From an uncultured Pseudomonadales bacterium (GTDB lineage Bacteria; Patescibacteriota; Microgenomatia; UBA1400; PJMF01), in assembly GCA_964457085.1 (NCBI GenBank), contig CAYWDM010000006.1, forward strand, positions 4,302 through 68,301: a stretch of DNA of 64,000 bases. Reading direction: 5' to 3'. Of the stretch, positions 1 to 10,078 are shown in pieces; within the stretch, counting starts at the first letter, position 1; every line of letters starts with the position of its first letter. The notes beneath the pieces are model-generated. The model was not told the DNA's origin. It did not search any database and saw only the letters and a program-made list of their open reading frames with translations. A program made the translations under genes and the position numbers.

Positions 1-932
1 TTAGCTTCACGGTCTGACAAAGCTCCCAACACTTCCTCGATATTTTCGCGAAGCATTTGGCGACTAGTCGAATCGTATGGTGAAACTTGCTTGTCATCTG
101 CAATGAAGTCACCCAAAATACTATCGTCTTCTCCATCACCCACTGGTGTCTCCAAAGAAGTGGTATTCTGTGAAATCTTCAAAATCTCACGCACTTTCTC
201 TGGCTCCATGTGCATTTTCTTACCAATTTCCTCAGGTGTTGGCTCGCGGCCAAGATCCTGCATTAACCGACGCGAGGTTCTCATCAACTTATTGATGGTC
301 TCAACCATGTGCACTGGAATACGAATAGTACGTGCTTGATCAGCGATTGAGCGAGTAATGGCTTGACGAATCCACCAAGTAGCATAGGTAGAAAACTTAA
401 AGCCCTTGGTCCAGTCGTATTTCTCAACTGCACGAATCAAACCCTTATTGCCTTCTTGAATCAAATCCAAGAAAGTCATACCGCGACCAATATATTTCTT
501 GGCAATAGAAACCACCAACCGCAAGTTAGCGTCGATGAGTTTCTTTTTGGCCTCAGGATCAAGCGCCTCAACCTCTTGTGCCAAACGAATCTCTTGCTCA
601 CGATCGAGTAATGGAATTCTACCAATCTCTTTGAGGTACATTCGGACTGGATCTGAAACGCCCAAGTTACCCAAACTAGCTAAAACGTCTAATTCTTGTT
701 GGAGAACGTCGTCGCCTTCATCCTGTTTTTCTTCTGATACTGACTCAAAGATATCAACCTCAGCTTTCATCAACCTGTCAAAAACATCATCGAGTTCATC
801 GATATGATTTTCGGGTTCGACAAACACCTCAAGAATCTCATCTTGAGTAGTAAAACCTTGTTTAACAGCACGTTTGTAGAGTTGCTCGATTTGCTCGAGT
901 AATACCTTGTTGGAAGCAGCTTTTGGGGACAT
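1..932 (-). CDS. rpoD: RNA polymerase primary sigma-70 factor, C-terminus truncated by the window edge
   Basis: Minus-strand translation from ATG at 932-930 gives [14 protein letters not shown]...[16 protein letters not shown]...[58 protein letters not shown]...EREKVREIL, with sigma-70 regions 1.2, 2, 3 and the start of 4. The frame runs off position 1, so it is absent from the ORF track. GGAGGG RBS upstream. Confidence 0.85.
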   Translation of the reverse strand, partial: MSPKAASNKVLLEQIEQLYKRAVKQGFTTQDEILEVFVEPENHIDELDDVFDRLMKAEVDIFESVSEEKQDEGDDVLQQELDVLASLGNLGVSDPVRMYLKEIGRIPLLDREQEIRLAQEVEALDPEAKKKLIDANLRLVVSIAKKYIGRGMTFLDLIQEGNKGLIRAVEKYDWTKGFKFSTYATWWIRQAITRSIADQARTIRIPVHMVETINKLMRTSRRLMQDLGREPTPEEIGKKMHMEPEKVREILKISQNTTSLETPVGDGEDDSILGDFIADDKQVSPYDSTSRQMLRENIEEVLGALSDREA

Positions 933-1199
933 AAATTCTTTCACCATCCCTCCGTAAACAATCGCTTCATGTGAAGCTGCGGTGGGGCCAGTTTAGATAG
1001 CCGACATTATAAAATAATCTCCCTCCAGATACTAGCGGCATTAGCTAAGCGGCCAATTTAACACAAAAATCTGTACGTTTCTGGAAAATATAGACCATTC
1101 TGATATACTATAGGATAGGTTTGAAGTGCAAGTGTAGGCTACGCGTCTGCACATACTCGCTTCAAGCAAACTTAACGTTTTGATGGAGACATAAATAAG

Positions 1200-1562
1200 A
1201 TGGACCAGACTAGTTTTGATTTACTGAGAGGCTTTTTAGGGTTTACGAACCCCCTAGGCGAAAATATTGACGATGCCTGTTATACCGCAGCAAACCTGCT
1301 GCAAAAGGTTGATCAAGTTGAAGACTTCATGAATCGCAATGTGCCTCACTTCATGGAAACCAAGAAAGATGTTCGGGCAATGGAGCGACTGGAGCAAATC
1401 GCCCAGCCACTTCGAGATGGTGCTGATGACAAAGACAGTCGGTATAAACTCGCCAATGCACTGTCCTGGTGCATGCAAGCATACGGCAATGCTGCCCAAT
1501 ATCCGAATGATCGACAAATGAGAAAAGGTGCAATGGAGGATGCAGTCCACATGATGCAATAA
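1200..1562 (+). CDS. hypothetical protein (120 aa)
   Basis: Complete ORF followed by a hairpin terminator; no recognisable domain. Confidence 0.4.
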   Translation: MDQTSFDLLRGFLGFTNPLGENIDDACYTAANLLQKVDQVEDFMNRNVPHFMETKKDVRAMERLEQIAQPLRDGADDKDSRYKLANALSWCMQAYGNAAQYPNDRQMRKGAMEDAVHMMQ

Positions 1563-1580
1563 TTTCTCCGTCACTTTGCA

Positions 1581-1607
1581 AACAACCCGGCTCAATGCTG
1601 GGTTGTT
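1581..1607 (+). terminator. intrinsic terminator hairpin between convergent genes
   Basis: AACAACCC-GGCTCAATGCT-GGGTTGTT stem-loop immediately after the 1200..1562 stop. Confidence 0.55.
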
Positions 1608-1636
1608 CTCGTTTAAAATCAATTTATATCAAAATA

Positions 1637-2419
1637 TTACCCTGTCACCACTGGCCAATCCCAAGTCTTAGTCAAGAAAGTTGGTTGTCGCTTGCCGACC
1701 ACCACCATATATTCAAACATAGCAGCTTTGCCGCCATCAACCGTCTTGATTGTCCAGCCATCCTCAAGTTGATAAATCTCATCGCTGCCAGCCACAATTT
1801 GAGCTTCAACACAGATTACCATACCTTCTTGTAACACTTCGCCCTTACCTTTTTTTCCATATGCAGGAATCTGTGGCTCATCATGCAGTGTGGCACCAAT
1901 TCCATGTCCCACAAACTCCTTAACCACATCAAAACCAGAGTCCCAAGCCGTACTGGCCATAGCATACCCGAGATCACCAACACGTCGACCAGCGATCGCA
2001 AGTTTGGCAGCAGATTGGATGGCTTTCCGAGCTGTTTTTACCAATTTTTCATCGGCCTCATTTAAAAAACCACCCACCGCCACGGTAAAACAGTGATCAG
2101 TGTTCAAACCTTGATAATTAAATCCAAAATCAACCTTGATTATGTCGCCATGCTGCAACGGAACCTCATCAGGAATGCCATGCAAAATCGTGTCATTAAC
2201 CGAGATACAGGTCGCATGTGTATAGAGATTGTTTTTAGAACCAACACCTACAAAATTGGGTTTGCCACCATTTTTAGCACAGAGTTCAAAAGCCAGCTCA
2301 TCGATTGCCAGTGGAGTCACGCCAATTCTGACACTTTCACGTAATTGACCCAAAATCTCAGTTGAGACATCAGCAATTCGCTGATATTTTGCCAAATCTG
2401 ATGGTGTACGCACAAACAT
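1637..2419 (-). CDS. map: methionine aminopeptidase type I
   Basis: MetAP-I hallmark segments GDIIKVDFG, FVGHGIG and HDEPQIP. Start set at MFVRTPSDL; the ORF track extends to 2446. Confidence 0.85.
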   Translation of the reverse strand: MFVRTPSDLAKYQRIADVSTEILGQLRESVRIGVTPLAIDELAFELCAKNGGKPNFVGVGSKNNLYTHATCISVNDTILHGIPDEVPLQHGDIIKVDFGFNYQGLNTDHCFTVAVGGFLNEADEKLVKTARKAIQSAAKLAIAGRRVGDLGYAMASTAWDSGFDVVKEFVGHGIGATLHDEPQIPAYGKKGKGEVLQEGMVICVEAQIVAGSDEIYQLEDGWTIKTVDGGKAAMFEYMVVVGKRQPTFLTKTWDWPVVTG

Positions 2420-2473
2420 AGCCGTATTGTACCGCGTAAATTGCAAAATCGCTCAAATTTACAGTGCTAGAAG

Positions 2474-3697
2474 CTACACTTGAAATTGACCATCAGCATA
2501 GATGACTTTTTCACTACCATCGGCCATGTATGCGGTCACCGTGCGATCGGTGGTTGAGATAATGTCGGTATGCTCTGGTGAGTCGTTATAGCCCAAACGC
2601 TTCCAATCAGCCTTTTTGAGCTTGGTGGGATCACCTTTGTAACAGTCCTGATAGGCCATGCCGATTGCTAAGTGGGTGTTACCAAATGGTCCACCAATAT
2701 TTTCATCAAACAATGTCTCGGCCATCACATGTGTGATGTGTGACATTCTCTTATCAGTCAAACTATACTCACCAATTTTGTCAGCATTCTTACTCTTTAA
2801 CATTTGCTGCAGCAATGAATTTCCCACTTCAGCAGAAGCATGAACCACTTTTCCTTTTCGTAGCTCTAACTCCACACCCTTGACCATGTTGCCATATCGA
2901 TATAAAGGTTGATTAAATTTAATCCAACCTTCCACACCACGCCAATCTGGTGAAGTGAAGATCTCGAAACTAGGAACGTTGCGACCGCCACCGCCTTTCC
3001 AAGTTCGATCAGCACCAATTTTGACTATCAAATCCATATCTGGTCCTTGAGCTTTTACATACTCAATTTTCATGGAATCCAGAGCTATCTTGATGTGATC
3101 TTGCAACTTACTCACTCGTTGCCACTCCGCCACTGGATTTTCATGATCCAAGAAACAGGCTTTAATGATTTGATCCCAATACTCCTTGAGCGACAAACCA
3201 ACCTCATCGGCTTTGGCTTGCATACCCCAAAGTGCAATGGTCCAAGTGAACTTATTAGCATTTTCCTTGGCAGTTAACCATTCACGGTAGGCTTTCTTAG
3301 AATCTCGTGACTTGAAAATCTTCTGAGGATCAACCTCACTCAGTTCCTTAGGATCTGGGTCAGCAATGATGCCAATTTGATGATCAATTAATTTTGCCCG
3401 TGCCTGCAAAAACTGCTTCGGAAAAAAAGTTAATTGCTGATCATTAGCTAAATTGAAAAACTGTTTATCAAAACCAGTGGGCAATAATCGCAACATCGGA
3501 ATACCACCAGCTAACAAAATCTCGGTTTGTAGTGCAAATGCTAGAGGCTTGGCCACGTCAGGCACTGCCAAATCAACCACCTCACCAGCTTTTAAACCAG
3601 TACCGGAATTCAATGCGAAATTGACCAATACTTGAGCATATTTTTTCAATAACTCAGCTGAGGGTTCAAAATCTGGGGTGATAGATGTTTGTTTCAT
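2474..3697 (-). CDS. aminopeptidase, M29 (AmpS/PepS) family
   Basis: 407 aa. Overall length and motifs (GIIADPDPKEL, WTIALWGMQ, GNTHLAIG) are consistent with thermophilic-type M29 aminopeptidases. Confidence 0.65.
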   Translation of the reverse strand: MKQTSITPDFEPSAELLKKYAQVLVNFALNSGTGLKAGEVVDLAVPDVAKPLAFALQTEILLAGGIPMLRLLPTGFDKQFFNLANDQQLTFFPKQFLQARAKLIDHQIGIIADPDPKELSEVDPQKIFKSRDSKKAYREWLTAKENANKFTWTIALWGMQAKADEVGLSLKEYWDQIIKACFLDHENPVAEWQRVSKLQDHIKIALDSMKIEYVKAQGPDMDLIVKIGADRTWKGGGGRNVPSFEIFTSPDWRGVEGWIKFNQPLYRYGNMVKGVELELRKGKVVHASAEVGNSLLQQMLKSKNADKIGEYSLTDKRMSHITHVMAETLFDENIGGPFGNTHLAIGMAYQDCYKGDPTKLKKADWKRLGYNDSPEHTDIISTTDRTVTAYMADGSEKVIYADGQFQV

Positions 3698-3771
3698 ATT
3701 GCTATCCTATAGGTGTAAGTGTAAATGCTCGTTATAATATACACTGTCATACAAATTACCAACCAACAATT

Positions 3772-4386
3772 ATGTCCTATACCGCATATCAACCCACCGA
3801 AGAATTAAAAATTACTGATGGTCTGTATCGTACTAAATTCGACGGCTTATTTTATGTCACTTATCCTAGATTTGCAGACAATCGAGGTGTTTTTTCTGAT
3901 TTTTTCAAGATTCCTAAATTAAATCCCCTCATTGGTTTGAATTTTACTGCCAAACAGGTTAATTTTTCCTATTCGTATACTGGGGTGATTCGTGGCATGC
4001 ATGCTGAAGGTTGGAATAAAATGGTCACCATTTTAAATGGTAAAGCACTATGTGTGGAAGCAGATATTCGTCCTGAGTCTCCAACATTTGGTCAGACCGA
4101 GTATTTTGAGATTGGTTTTGACCCAGAAAGCAAACAGGGAGCTGGCCTGATTGTCAAAAAAGGCATTGCCAATTCTATCTGTGCACTCGAGGGACCAGTG
4201 AGTTATTTGTACGTAGTTGATTCGTTGTACGAAGATAGAGATATCGCTGGCGATCAAGCAGTTTCCATCTATGATCCAGACCTAAATATCTCCTGGCCAT
4301 TCACTCCAGAACAGACAATTATTTCAGATCGAGACAAACAAGCAGTAACTTTGCGCGAAAAATTTCCCCAAAAGTTTCAAAAATAG
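3772..4386 (+). CDS. dTDP-sugar 3,5-epimerase (RmlC)-like cupin
   Basis: DNRGVFSDFF, IRGMHAE, SPTFG and DPDLNISWP match the RmlC/cupin pattern. Start moved to MSYTAYQ (ATG 3772). No other rhamnose genes nearby. Confidence 0.55.
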   Translation: MSYTAYQPTEELKITDGLYRTKFDGLFYVTYPRFADNRGVFSDFFKIPKLNPLIGLNFTAKQVNFSYSYTGVIRGMHAEGWNKMVTILNGKALCVEADIRPESPTFGQTEYFEIGFDPESKQGAGLIVKKGIANSICALEGPVSYLYVVDSLYEDRDIAGDQAVSIYDPDLNISWPFTPEQTIISDRDKQAVTLREKFPQKFQK

Positions 4387-4405
4387 CCATAGATAGAGAT
4401 AATTC

Positions 4406-4435
4406 TTGTTTTTTGCCTGGTTGATTTGGTATAAT
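4406..4435 (+). promoter_or_regulatory. sigma-70-like promoter with extended -10 (TTGTTT-18-TGGTATAAT)
   Basis: Sequence match 30 nt upstream of the 4465 ATG. Confidence 0.4.
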
Positions 4436-4464
4436 AGATACTTATTCTGTTTTGGTGCCAAAAA

Positions 4465-5160
4465 ATGCATTATCGGGAGTTACAAAAGCAGCAAATGGAT
4501 GAACTGGAAACTCACAAGTGTTCGAGTGATTTTCCTGCGTCTATTGTTGCCCCTGTCGAGGACTATGCAAACGACCAGCGCAAATACCTCACCATTGTCG
4601 CTCACCCAACCAAGAAATTAATCTCAAAAATCACCAATGAATTCGTGAGAGATTTAAAAAAAGCTGATCCCAGCCAATACTACTGCGAGCCTGATTCACT
4701 TCACTTCACCATTTTGAGTATCAAACTTTTTGAAGATGGTGGTAATTTTAGTCCTGAAATAATAGCTGAAATTATTAAAGTCACTAATGCAGTTTTTAGT
4801 TCGCATCATCCATTCATTTTCAAAATGCAGGGATCATTAGCTCTTCCAACTAGCATAGGAGTCCGCTGCTACAGTTCAATCAAATTGAGAAAGCTTGTTT
4901 GTGACCTAAAGTCTGCTCTGAATAAAATAGGTATTACTTCCGATAAGAAACTGTATTCAGAAAATGTCCTCTTTGGAAATATAACTCTCTGTAGATTCAA
5001 GCCTGAATATCATCCAACAGATGAATTATTTGCTGTAGTTGAAAAATACAGAAACTTCGAGTTCGGCAACATGAAACTACTAAAAACTAAACTGGTGCAC
5101 GCCAACGCAGTAGTTAGTCCAAACCATACTAAAGTATTTGTAGAATTTAGCCTCAGCTGA
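4465..5160 (+). CDS. 2H phosphoesterase (LigT-like) superfamily protein with degenerate second motif
   Basis: First H-x-T motif LHFTIL is present. The second motif reads GNITLCR, with Asn in place of His. Confidence 0.4.
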   Translation: MHYRELQKQQMDELETHKCSSDFPASIVAPVEDYANDQRKYLTIVAHPTKKLISKITNEFVRDLKKADPSQYYCEPDSLHFTILSIKLFEDGGNFSPEIIAEIIKVTNAVFSSHHPFIFKMQGSLALPTSIGVRCYSSIKLRKLVCDLKSALNKIGITSDKKLYSENVLFGNITLCRFKPEYHPTDELFAVVEKYRNFEFGNMKLLKTKLVHANAVVSPNHTKVFVEFSLS

Positions 5161-5186
5161 GTTATTTTGGATTATAATCCAAAAAA

Positions 5187-5777
5187 TTAAATTAGATTGC
5201 TCTCTTGATATTCCTCGTTTGAAGACATGTCGCTCTCAATCAAGTTACGCAAGTAGACTGAACGAGGCACTTTCTTGTGCTTGGAAATCCAATCAAGATA
5301 TCCCTGATGCTTGGGTGAAATAAAGAAGTTGAAACGAGTGTCTTGCTGTTCAGATGCAAAATTTACTAACATTGGTAGCTCATTCTCAAGATCCGCCTGA
5401 TCTTTATATCCATAAAGAGTGAAATTCTGATTCAACTCTAAGGTTGAAAGCAAGTGATATTTCAAGCCATTTTTTGACAAAGCCACCACTGGACGACCAG
5501 CTTCGAGTGCCAATGAAATCCAATAGCCCAAACTCAATCGCTGTTGAGATACCTCAACCACAAACACATCACATTTACGAATATCTTCGGTTATCTTCTT
5601 ATGAAACTTGAGTAATTCTTGTGAATCTTTCCAATCTTCAAAACGATTAGAATCCATGTCAAAAAGATATTCAGAAGTAATTTTATGACCAAGTTTTTCC
5701 AGACGCTCTTTAATGAACCAGAAAGGCTCTTTCATCTGGCCTTTACCTTGAATGGGGATTAATAGAAAAATCTTCAT
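5187..5777 (-). CDS. nucleoside 2-deoxyribosyltransferase-like protein (weak call)
   Basis: CDVFVVEVSQQRLSLGYWISLALEAGRPVVAL resembles the NDT/YtoQ-family core. Confidence 0.3.
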   Translation of the reverse strand: MKIFLLIPIQGKGQMKEPFWFIKERLEKLGHKITSEYLFDMDSNRFEDWKDSQELLKFHKKITEDIRKCDVFVVEVSQQRLSLGYWISLALEAGRPVVALSKNGLKYHLLSTLELNQNFTLYGYKDQADLENELPMLVNFASEQQDTRFNFFISPKHQGYLDWISKHKKVPRSVYLRNLIESDMSSNEEYQESNLI

Positions 5778-5868
5778 GGAAGGATTATATCATGTCAATC
5801 AATTCTAATTTACCTATCGCACTTTTTTTAAGTGTATAACGCCACTCAGTTGTGATCTGTAATATGCA

Positions 5869-8800
5869 CTACAGCAACTTCAAAAACTCCAAATCTCTAA
5901 TTTCTTGAACCACTTCTTTAATTAAATCTTCCAACTGTGCAACCTCATCGTCGAGTAATTCAAACTCTCGAGTAATAATTTTTCCGGATTGTTTATCAGC
6001 TTGCACAAACTCAAACCTGCCACCAACTACTTGATGAGTGAAAGTCTTATCATATTTTGCTAGTAACTTATAAAACAACAACTGTCGTTTATACGCACCT
6101 CTAATCGATTCAGGCAATACTAGCTCTCGCTCGGATAAATCACTGCTTTTGGTTAACCCACAAATTTGATTTACTGTTTTTGGTTGTCCCGTTTTGTAGT
6201 CAATTACCACTACTTTTTTCTGGTCACCTTGCCAACGATCTACACGATCAACTCGACCACTTAAACCAATATCTCCAAATCTCACCGGACGATATTTACT
6301 TCCTAGTTGTCGCTCTAAAAACACAATGTGTGGCAACACTGATGCCTGAGTTGGAAGATATGACTGCAAGATCTCTTTGCCTTGCTCTAGTCGACGCAAG
6401 TGAGCATCAGGCAATAACACTTCCGCAGCCAGTGCAGTCTCAAAATGTGTGATCGCTGTCTCAATTGCTGGTGGCTGACTTGTATCAAGCCCAGACTTAA
6501 AATACATCTCCAAAGTACTATGAATCGCAGTTCCAAACGCCATTGGCTCTGCTTTGGCTCTGGGAACTCTCAGCAAATGCTGCATCACGAATTCTTTGGG
6601 ATCTTTGAGATAGGTATTCAAGCCGGTGATTGATAACACATATGAGTCAACGAGGTGTTTAAAAAACTCACGCTGACGTTGTGTATACAGTTCGTCATAC
6701 GCTACTTCTGAAACTGATGGTGCTAATAGTCTTGTAGTGTATTCGCTACTATTTGCCATCAGTGAATCATCAACGATTGTCTGTAAGTGTTCACTCCCCA
6801 GTTCGGCCAGAAATTGACTGGCGATACGTTCATCGCTTCGACCAGCTTTGATTATTTTCTCTGGATGCGTTACCCACAGGGTTTTTTTACTCCGAGTGAT
6901 GGCAACATAAAACAATCTCCGCTCATCTTCGTTGGGATCTTTAGCTGCCAATTGGGTATGTGCCAGCAACTGTGCTGGCAGCTGCAGCTTTGCTCGCTTG
7001 ACAGTGTTCCCCCATTTTTTATCCACCAAACCAGTGACAAATACATGATCCCACTCCCGACCCTTGGCTTTGTGTGCTGTTGAAAGGCAAACCACATTCG
7101 GTCTCACCAGTTGCCCGTCAACCATCAGTCGCAAATCATGAGTTTTAAATGTTGCGATCACCTTCATCAAATCTGCCAATCGCATTCCATGATTATTTTG
7201 CACCATGGATTTAATCTCATCAAAAAGTGCATTGACCGCAAACAGCTGTTGCTGCTGATCAATTCTATTTTGCAATGCGGTCAAAAATCCAGACTCCGCA
7301 ATCACTCGACTGAACCATTCAGTGAACAATAGCTCACTATCAAGTGCACTCCATGCAGACATTTTTTTAAAGACTGCCATAACTTCATCGAATTTTGCTT
7401 GATCTGGGAGTAACTCGTCTTGCCATTCTTTTGATAGCTTTTCATATTGATCAAGTAAAGTCACAAAATTAATTTTTTTCCGACTCGATAGACGGGAAAG
7501 CTGCAATAAGGTGAGCACATCAAGCTGTAACCACGAAAACTGCAGAGCTTGAAAAATAGACTCGCCGGGTGTGTCACTGCGGAGCTCTAGAAGTGCAGTA
7601 AAAAAAGTCAATAATTGTGTGACTGCATCCGCGTCCAAAATATTTGTCCCCCCCTCAATTCCAAAGGGTATTTGCCACTTTTCCATTGCCATCGCAATAT
7701 CAAAACGGTCTGCATTGTTTCGATATAACACTGCAATACTCGCTGGAGCTGCCCCTGTATCGATAAGTTCGGCTATTTTTTTCGCCACGAACACTGCTTC
7801 TAATTGTTGAGTCGGAGCTTCTAGTGAACACAACTCTGTCATCGATTTATTAGAGCTAGTTAACTGAGGCGACAGTGAAAAAGCAGCAGTATCGAGTTGT
7901 AAATTGTTATGTGAAATCAAAGTTTGAGCCAAATTATAAAAAGACTGTGGACAACGATACCCCTGTTCAAGCGTAATTACCTTTGCCTGAGGAAATCGCT
8001 CCACAAAACCGAGCATGTTTTCCACTGAGGCACCCTGAAATCTAAAAATTGCCTGATTGGGATCACCAACCACAAAAACATTTGCCTGGTCACCCCAATA
8101 TTCACTCAGTTTTCTCAACAACTCATCTTGTGCGGAGTTGGTGTCTTGATACTCATCAACCAGAAAATACTGTAAGTTCTCCTGATATTCAATTAATAGT
8201 TCTTCATTTTCTTGTAAAGCTGTCACCACCATCGAAATCATGTCATCGAAGTCAAATCGCTTGGCAACTTGTAATTTTTGTTGGAAGTCACTAAAAAGCA
8301 ATGCAAGTTCGGCGTTTTTTTCAGCATTTCTCAGCGAATCAAATACCAACTTCTTTGTCGAAGCTCCTTTGACTCTTTTGGTGCCATTGGCAGTCATTTC
8401 TTGCCACTCTACAAACTGTTTTTGTGCAGTTTCGTATTCAATTGCAGTTAACTCTGTAAATTTTTCAACAGACACACCTTCTCGTTTTAAATCAGAAATG
8501 GCTCGAATTATGTCCTTGAGATAACAATAGGGATCACCAACAGGCCGCAACCGTTTGAGCGGTAAAGTAATAATGCTCTGTTGTAGTAGATCATATCGTT
8601 CTAGATCTGTAATAGCATCGCCACCCCGAGCTAATGGGAAAAACTCTCCGTGTGTGGCGATCACTTCACTACAAAAAGCATGGAAGGTACTGACTCTGAC
8701 TGCGTATGCGGTATTACCAATCAACTGCACCAACCGTTGACGCATGTTTTTGGCAGCTGAATCTGTAAACGTCAACGCCAATATTGAACTGGGATTGGTG

Positions 8801-8961
8801 TCAGTATTTTGCAAAATATAGGCAATTCTACCGACCAACACTTGAGTTTTTCCGGTTCCCGGACCTGCTACCACCAATACCGGTCCCTCAGTTGTTGACA
8901 CCGCAACTTGCTGTGCCTGATTGAGCTTTGAAAAAAACTGTTGAAATTCTGTGGTTTGCAT
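5869..8961 (-). CDS. UvrD/PcrA-family helicase fused to a C-terminal PD-(D/E)XK RecB-like nuclease domain
   Basis: Walker A VLVVAGPGTGKTQVL and UvrD helicase motifs. C-terminus has GRVDRVDRW...VVIDYKTG, a RecB/Cas4-like nuclease signature. 1030 aa. Confidence 0.8.
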   Translation of the reverse strand: MQTTEFQQFFSKLNQAQQVAVSTTEGPVLVVAGPGTGKTQVLVGRIAYILQNTDTNPSSILALTFTDSAAKNMRQRLVQLIGNTAYAVRVSTFHAFCSEVIATHGEFFPLARGGDAITDLERYDLLQQSIITLPLKRLRPVGDPYCYLKDIIRAISDLKREGVSVEKFTELTAIEYETAQKQFVEWQEMTANGTKRVKGASTKKLVFDSLRNAEKNAELALLFSDFQQKLQVAKRFDFDDMISMVVTALQENEELLIEYQENLQYFLVDEYQDTNSAQDELLRKLSEYWGDQANVFVVGDPNQAIFRFQGASVENMLGFVERFPQAKVITLEQGYRCPQSFYNLAQTLISHNNLQLDTAAFSLSPQLTSSNKSMTELCSLEAPTQQLEAVFVAKKIAELIDTGAAPASIAVLYRNNADRFDIAMAMEKWQIPFGIEGGTNILDADAVTQLLTFFTALLELRSDTPGESIFQALQFSWLQLDVLTLLQLSRLSSRKKINFVTLLDQYEKLSKEWQDELLPDQAKFDEVMAVFKKMSAWSALDSELLFTEWFSRVIAESGFLTALQNRIDQQQQLFAVNALFDEIKSMVQNNHGMRLADLMKVIATFKTHDLRLMVDGQLVRPNVVCLSTAHKAKGREWDHVFVTGLVDKKWGNTVKRAKLQLPAQLLAHTQLAAKDPNEDERRLFYVAITRSKKTLWVTHPEKIIKAGRSDERIASQFLAELGSEHLQTIVDDSLMANSSEYTTRLLAPSVSEVAYDELYTQRQREFFKHLVDSYVLSITGLNTYLKDPKEFVMQHLLRVPRAKAEPMAFGTAIHSTLEMYFKSGLDTSQPPAIETAITHFETALAAEVLLPDAHLRRLEQGKEILQSYLPTQASVLPHIVFLERQLGSKYRPVRFGDIGLSGRVDRVDRWQGDQKKVVVIDYKTGQPKTVNQICGLTKSSDLSERELVLPESIRGAYKRQLLFYKLLAKYDKTFTHQVVGGRFEFVQADKQSGKIITREFELLDDEVAQLEDLIKEVVQEIRDLEFLKLL

Positions 8962-8996
8962 TTTTTAAGTAAGTTGCATGCAACGCTGTGAAAAAA

Positions 8997-10052
8997 CTAG
9001 ATCAGGTCAAACCTCTGTAGTATCTCGATAACTTCTTGACTTGAATTAGTCATCACCAAACGTGCTCTAATATCACTCGCTTGTGGCATACCTTTTATAT
9101 ACCAAGCCAAATGCTTACGCATTGGCAGAAATGAATATTTAGCATCTGCTTGATAGGTCTGCTCATACAACTGAGCATGTTCCAATGCCACTGCTGCATT
9201 GGTGGGTGGTTTCTGTGTCCCAAATACCCAGGGGTTACCAAAACTCGCCCGGCCAATAAGCACTCCATCAACACCATATATGCTAACTTTGTCGAGTGCA
9301 TCCACTCGACTGTGAACATCTCCATTACCGATAACTTTGATGGAGGGATTGATTGCTTTTACAATTTGTACTGCTGTACCGATCGCCTCCCAGTTGGCCA
9401 AACCAGTGTATCCTTGTCTGAGCGTACGACCATGTACTGTAATTGCTGTTGGTTCAGCCTCAGATAACTCAGCCACCCATCTTTCAACCACAATCTCATC
9501 AAAACCGATTCTAGTTTTTACACTTATCGGTCGATACAGATGATCGGGAACTATACCAAGCAGCTCAGCTTGCGTCTCAATCAATTGTTTAATTTCAGTC
9601 GTTAAATTTTCACAGTTTTGCACTGTCTGACCTGTCATCCAATCGGCAACTCCTTGTTTGGCAGCACGAAGTATCTGCAAAGCCAACTCAGGAGTTTGAA
9701 TTAATGCTGCACCTGCACCAGAATGGGCTACATTCTTGGCAGGACAACCCATATTGATATCGATACCATCAAAACCCAACTGACAAAGTGCAATCGACAT
9801 CTGACGAAAAAACTCGGGAGTGGTGCCATAGATTTGAGCAACCAACGGTCGTTGATCAGTAGTGTAACGAAACTCCTTTATTAACTCGCGAGCACCACGA
9901 CAAAGTCCTTCCACACTACTAAACTCCGTAAACATTACATCCGGATGTCCGTATTTTTTAGTGATAGTGCGAAATGGTAAATCAGTCACCCCATCCATCG
10001 GCGATAACCCCACGAATGGCTGCGGCAGTGATTGCCAAAAACTAGCTTGCAT
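8997..10052 (-). CDS. dus: tRNA-dihydrouridine synthase
   Basis: LSPMDGVTDLPFR, IDINMGCP and a FMN-binding TIM-barrel pattern. Confidence 0.8.
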   Translation of the reverse strand: MQASFWQSLPQPFVGLSPMDGVTDLPFRTITKKYGHPDVMFTEFSSVEGLCRGARELIKEFRYTTDQRPLVAQIYGTTPEFFRQMSIALCQLGFDGIDINMGCPAKNVAHSGAGAALIQTPELALQILRAAKQGVADWMTGQTVQNCENLTTEIKQLIETQAELLGIVPDHLYRPISVKTRIGFDEIVVERWVAELSEAEPTAITVHGRTLRQGYTGLANWEAIGTAVQIVKAINPSIKVIGNGDVHSRVDALDKVSIYGVDGVLIGRASFGNPWVFGTQKPPTNAAVALEHAQLYEQTYQADAKYSFLPMRKHLAWYIKGMPQASDIRARLVMTNSSQEVIEILQRFDLI

Positions 10053-10078
10053 ACCCGGTATTATACTTTGAGCAATAA

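Noticed and set aside
1-3. TTA at the window start taken as the stop codon of the minus-strand sigma gene
   Set aside because: It is out of frame. The rpoD reading frame runs off the window edge, so the gene is 3'-truncated by the window.
1254-1622. 122-aa minus-strand ORF and other nested ORFs antisense to the 1200-1562 gene
   Set aside because: Antisense overlap, atypical composition and no start context. The plus-strand ORF has the terminator.
6180-8740. Multiple plus-strand ORFs of 60-100 aa
   Set aside because: All are antisense inside the 1030-aa helicase-nuclease gene.
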